A stretch of DNA of 23,154 nucleotides, taken from the NCBI RefSeq assembly GCF_006345805.1, contig NW_021836644.1, forward strand, positions 1-23,154, in the 5' to 3' direction. Origin of the DNA: Octopus sinensis. Its lineage: Eukaryota. A model generated the notes under the pieces. The model searched no databases and was not told the origin of the DNA. It saw nothing but the letters and a program-made list of their open reading frames with translations. Positions within the stretch are counted from its first letter, which is position 1. Each line of letters starts with the position of its first letter. This document shows, in pieces, positions 21,464 through 23,154 of this stretch. A program made the translations under genes and the position numbers.

Positions 21464-21529
21464 ATGTATGTATGTATATGTATGTATGTATATGTATATG
21501 TATGTATGTGTGTGTATATATATATATAA
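21281..21529. repeat. (TA)n/(TGTA)n array
   Basis: Direct reading. Confidence 0.97.
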
Positions 21530-21733
21530 GTGTGTGTGTATATGTTTGTGTGTCTGTGTTTGTCCCCCACCATTGCTTAACAACCGATGTTGGTGTGTTT
21601 ACATCCCCGTAACTTAGCGGTTCGGCAAAAGAAACCGATAGAATAAGTTCTGGGGTCGATTTGTTCGACTAAAGGCGGTGCTCCAGCGTGGCCGCAGTCA
21701 AATGACTGAAACGAGCAAAAGAATAAAAGAATA
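21530..21733 (+). mobile_element. SINE-B, 3' half with a 22-bp internal deletion
   Basis: gtttgtgtgtctgtgtttgtccccc...gactgaaacgagcaaaagaataaaagaata. Confidence 0.9.
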
Positions 21734-21757
21734 TTCTTACAATGATGGTTTCTTGCT

Positions 21758-21891
21758 AAGGCGGCGAGCTGGCAAAACTGTTAGCACGCCGGGCGAAATG
21801 CTTAGCGGTATTTCGTCTGCCGTGACGTTCTGAGTTCAAATTCCGCCGAAGTCGACTTTGCCTTTCATCCTTTCGGAGTCGATTAAATAAG
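21758..21891 (+). mobile_element. SINE-A, 5' part
   Basis: aaggcggcgagctggc...gagttcaaattccgcc...cctttcatcctttcggagtcgat. Confidence 0.9.
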
Positions 21892-22556
21892 ATTATTAAA
21901 GAAATTCGACAGGTCTATCTAAAAAGATTCAGCACCACTGAAAAACCATATGGCTTAATTGTAGGAGAATAGAAAAAGAAAGAAAGAAAGAAAGAGAAAC
22001 AGAGAAACAGACAGTCAGACTGAGGGTAGAGAGAGAGGAATGTACCGCGATTCATGGGTTGTTTAATCCGATAAAGTCTCATTGAACCGACAGAACTGTA
22101 GACCCATTTCAACCGATCATACTAATTAGTTCTGCACAGGATAGCAGGTATTCCCCCTACACTAGGATTTCTATCAAAACTAATAATTCTCAATTCACTT
22201 TTAAATATAAATATAATTTTACTATCTTTATTATTATTATTTTTCGGAACTCTTATTAGATTATATTTCTACTTAAATTTAATAATAATATTAATAATTA
22301 AATCATTTTTCATACTTAAAACAAATAAAATAATAAAAAGTATAAAATCTAAGGGAAAATTCAATTTCAGCGCTCGTCAGAAGCACTGTTAGGAAGAGTA
22401 TGGCGACGATTCTCTACAACTGAAGGTCTGAAAGTGTCATATCTGGTATGTGTAGGTGTTGTGTTAAATAGGAACAAAAAATAAATAAATAAACCCATGC
22501 GAGAAGTTCACAGAGGAGACTCATGGATCCTATGTAGAAGCAACATCGTATGTTCA

Positions 22557-22782
22557 TTTACTCTTTACTCTTTTACTTGTGTTTCAGTCATTTGACTGCG
22601 GCCATGCTGGAGCACCGCCTTTCTAGTCGAGCAACTCGACCCCGGGACTTATTCTTTTGTAAGCCCAGTACTTATTCTATCGGTCTCTTTTGCCGAACCG
22701 CTAAGTAACGGGGACGTAAACACACCAGCATCAGTTGTCAAGCAATGCTAGGGGTACAAACACAGACACACAAACACACACA

Positions 22783-22825
<43 letters not shown>

Positions 22826-22997
22826 CATATATACGACGGGCTTCTTTCAGTTTCCGTCTACCAAATCCACTCACAAGGCATTGGTCGGCCCGGGGCTATA
22901 GCAGAAGACACTTGCCCAAGATGCCACGCAGTGGGACTGAACCCGGAACCATGTGGTTGGTAAACAAGCTACTTACCACAGAGCCACTCCTGCGCCT
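22557..22997 (-). mobile_element. SINE-B, full length
   Basis: Collinear with 1216-1622; longer internal (TA)n. Confidence 0.92.
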
Positions 22998-23154
22998 AAT
23001 GGTTTATGCATAATGGTTTATGCAATACAAAGACTGTCGTAAACGAGACAGGCAGACAGACGTGCAGAGGGTTTAGCATAAGGCTCCTTCAGAATCAGAT
23101 TTAAGGACCACAGATCCTCCTTTAATATCCAGAAGAGGCAAACGTACAGCCTAG

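Noticed and set aside
22997-23024. 14-bp tandem duplication taatggtttatgca next to SINE-B
   Set aside because: Both copies are on the same side of the SINE, so it is not a TSD; ordinary slippage explains it.

Overview
Repeat-saturated, AT-rich animal DNA (intronic or intergenic). I can support no host protein-coding exon. The SINE families and microsatellite load look like an octopus genome, but that is recognition from memory, not a database result. Contents: a 5'-truncated, frameshifted RTE-clade LINE (6600-8862, minus); a 3' fragment of a CR1/L2-group LINE; many copies of two tRNA-type SINE families (labelled SINE-A and SINE-B here); two non-autonomous Helitrons; a hAT-type MITE; a palindromic Tc1/mariner-type MITE; an (AAT)n-embedded element; and many microsatellites, which account for almost all ORFs in the track. 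Best observations: (1) the RTE copy has the full geometry of a twin-priming 5' inversion; (2) SINE-B and the CR1-group LINE share a two-hairpin 3' terminal architecture with different stem sequences; (3) SINE-A occurs with the same 184-bp dimer junction at two loci; (4) an old degenerate paralogous block recurs with codon-like substitutions. I see no evidence of a new multi-gene system.
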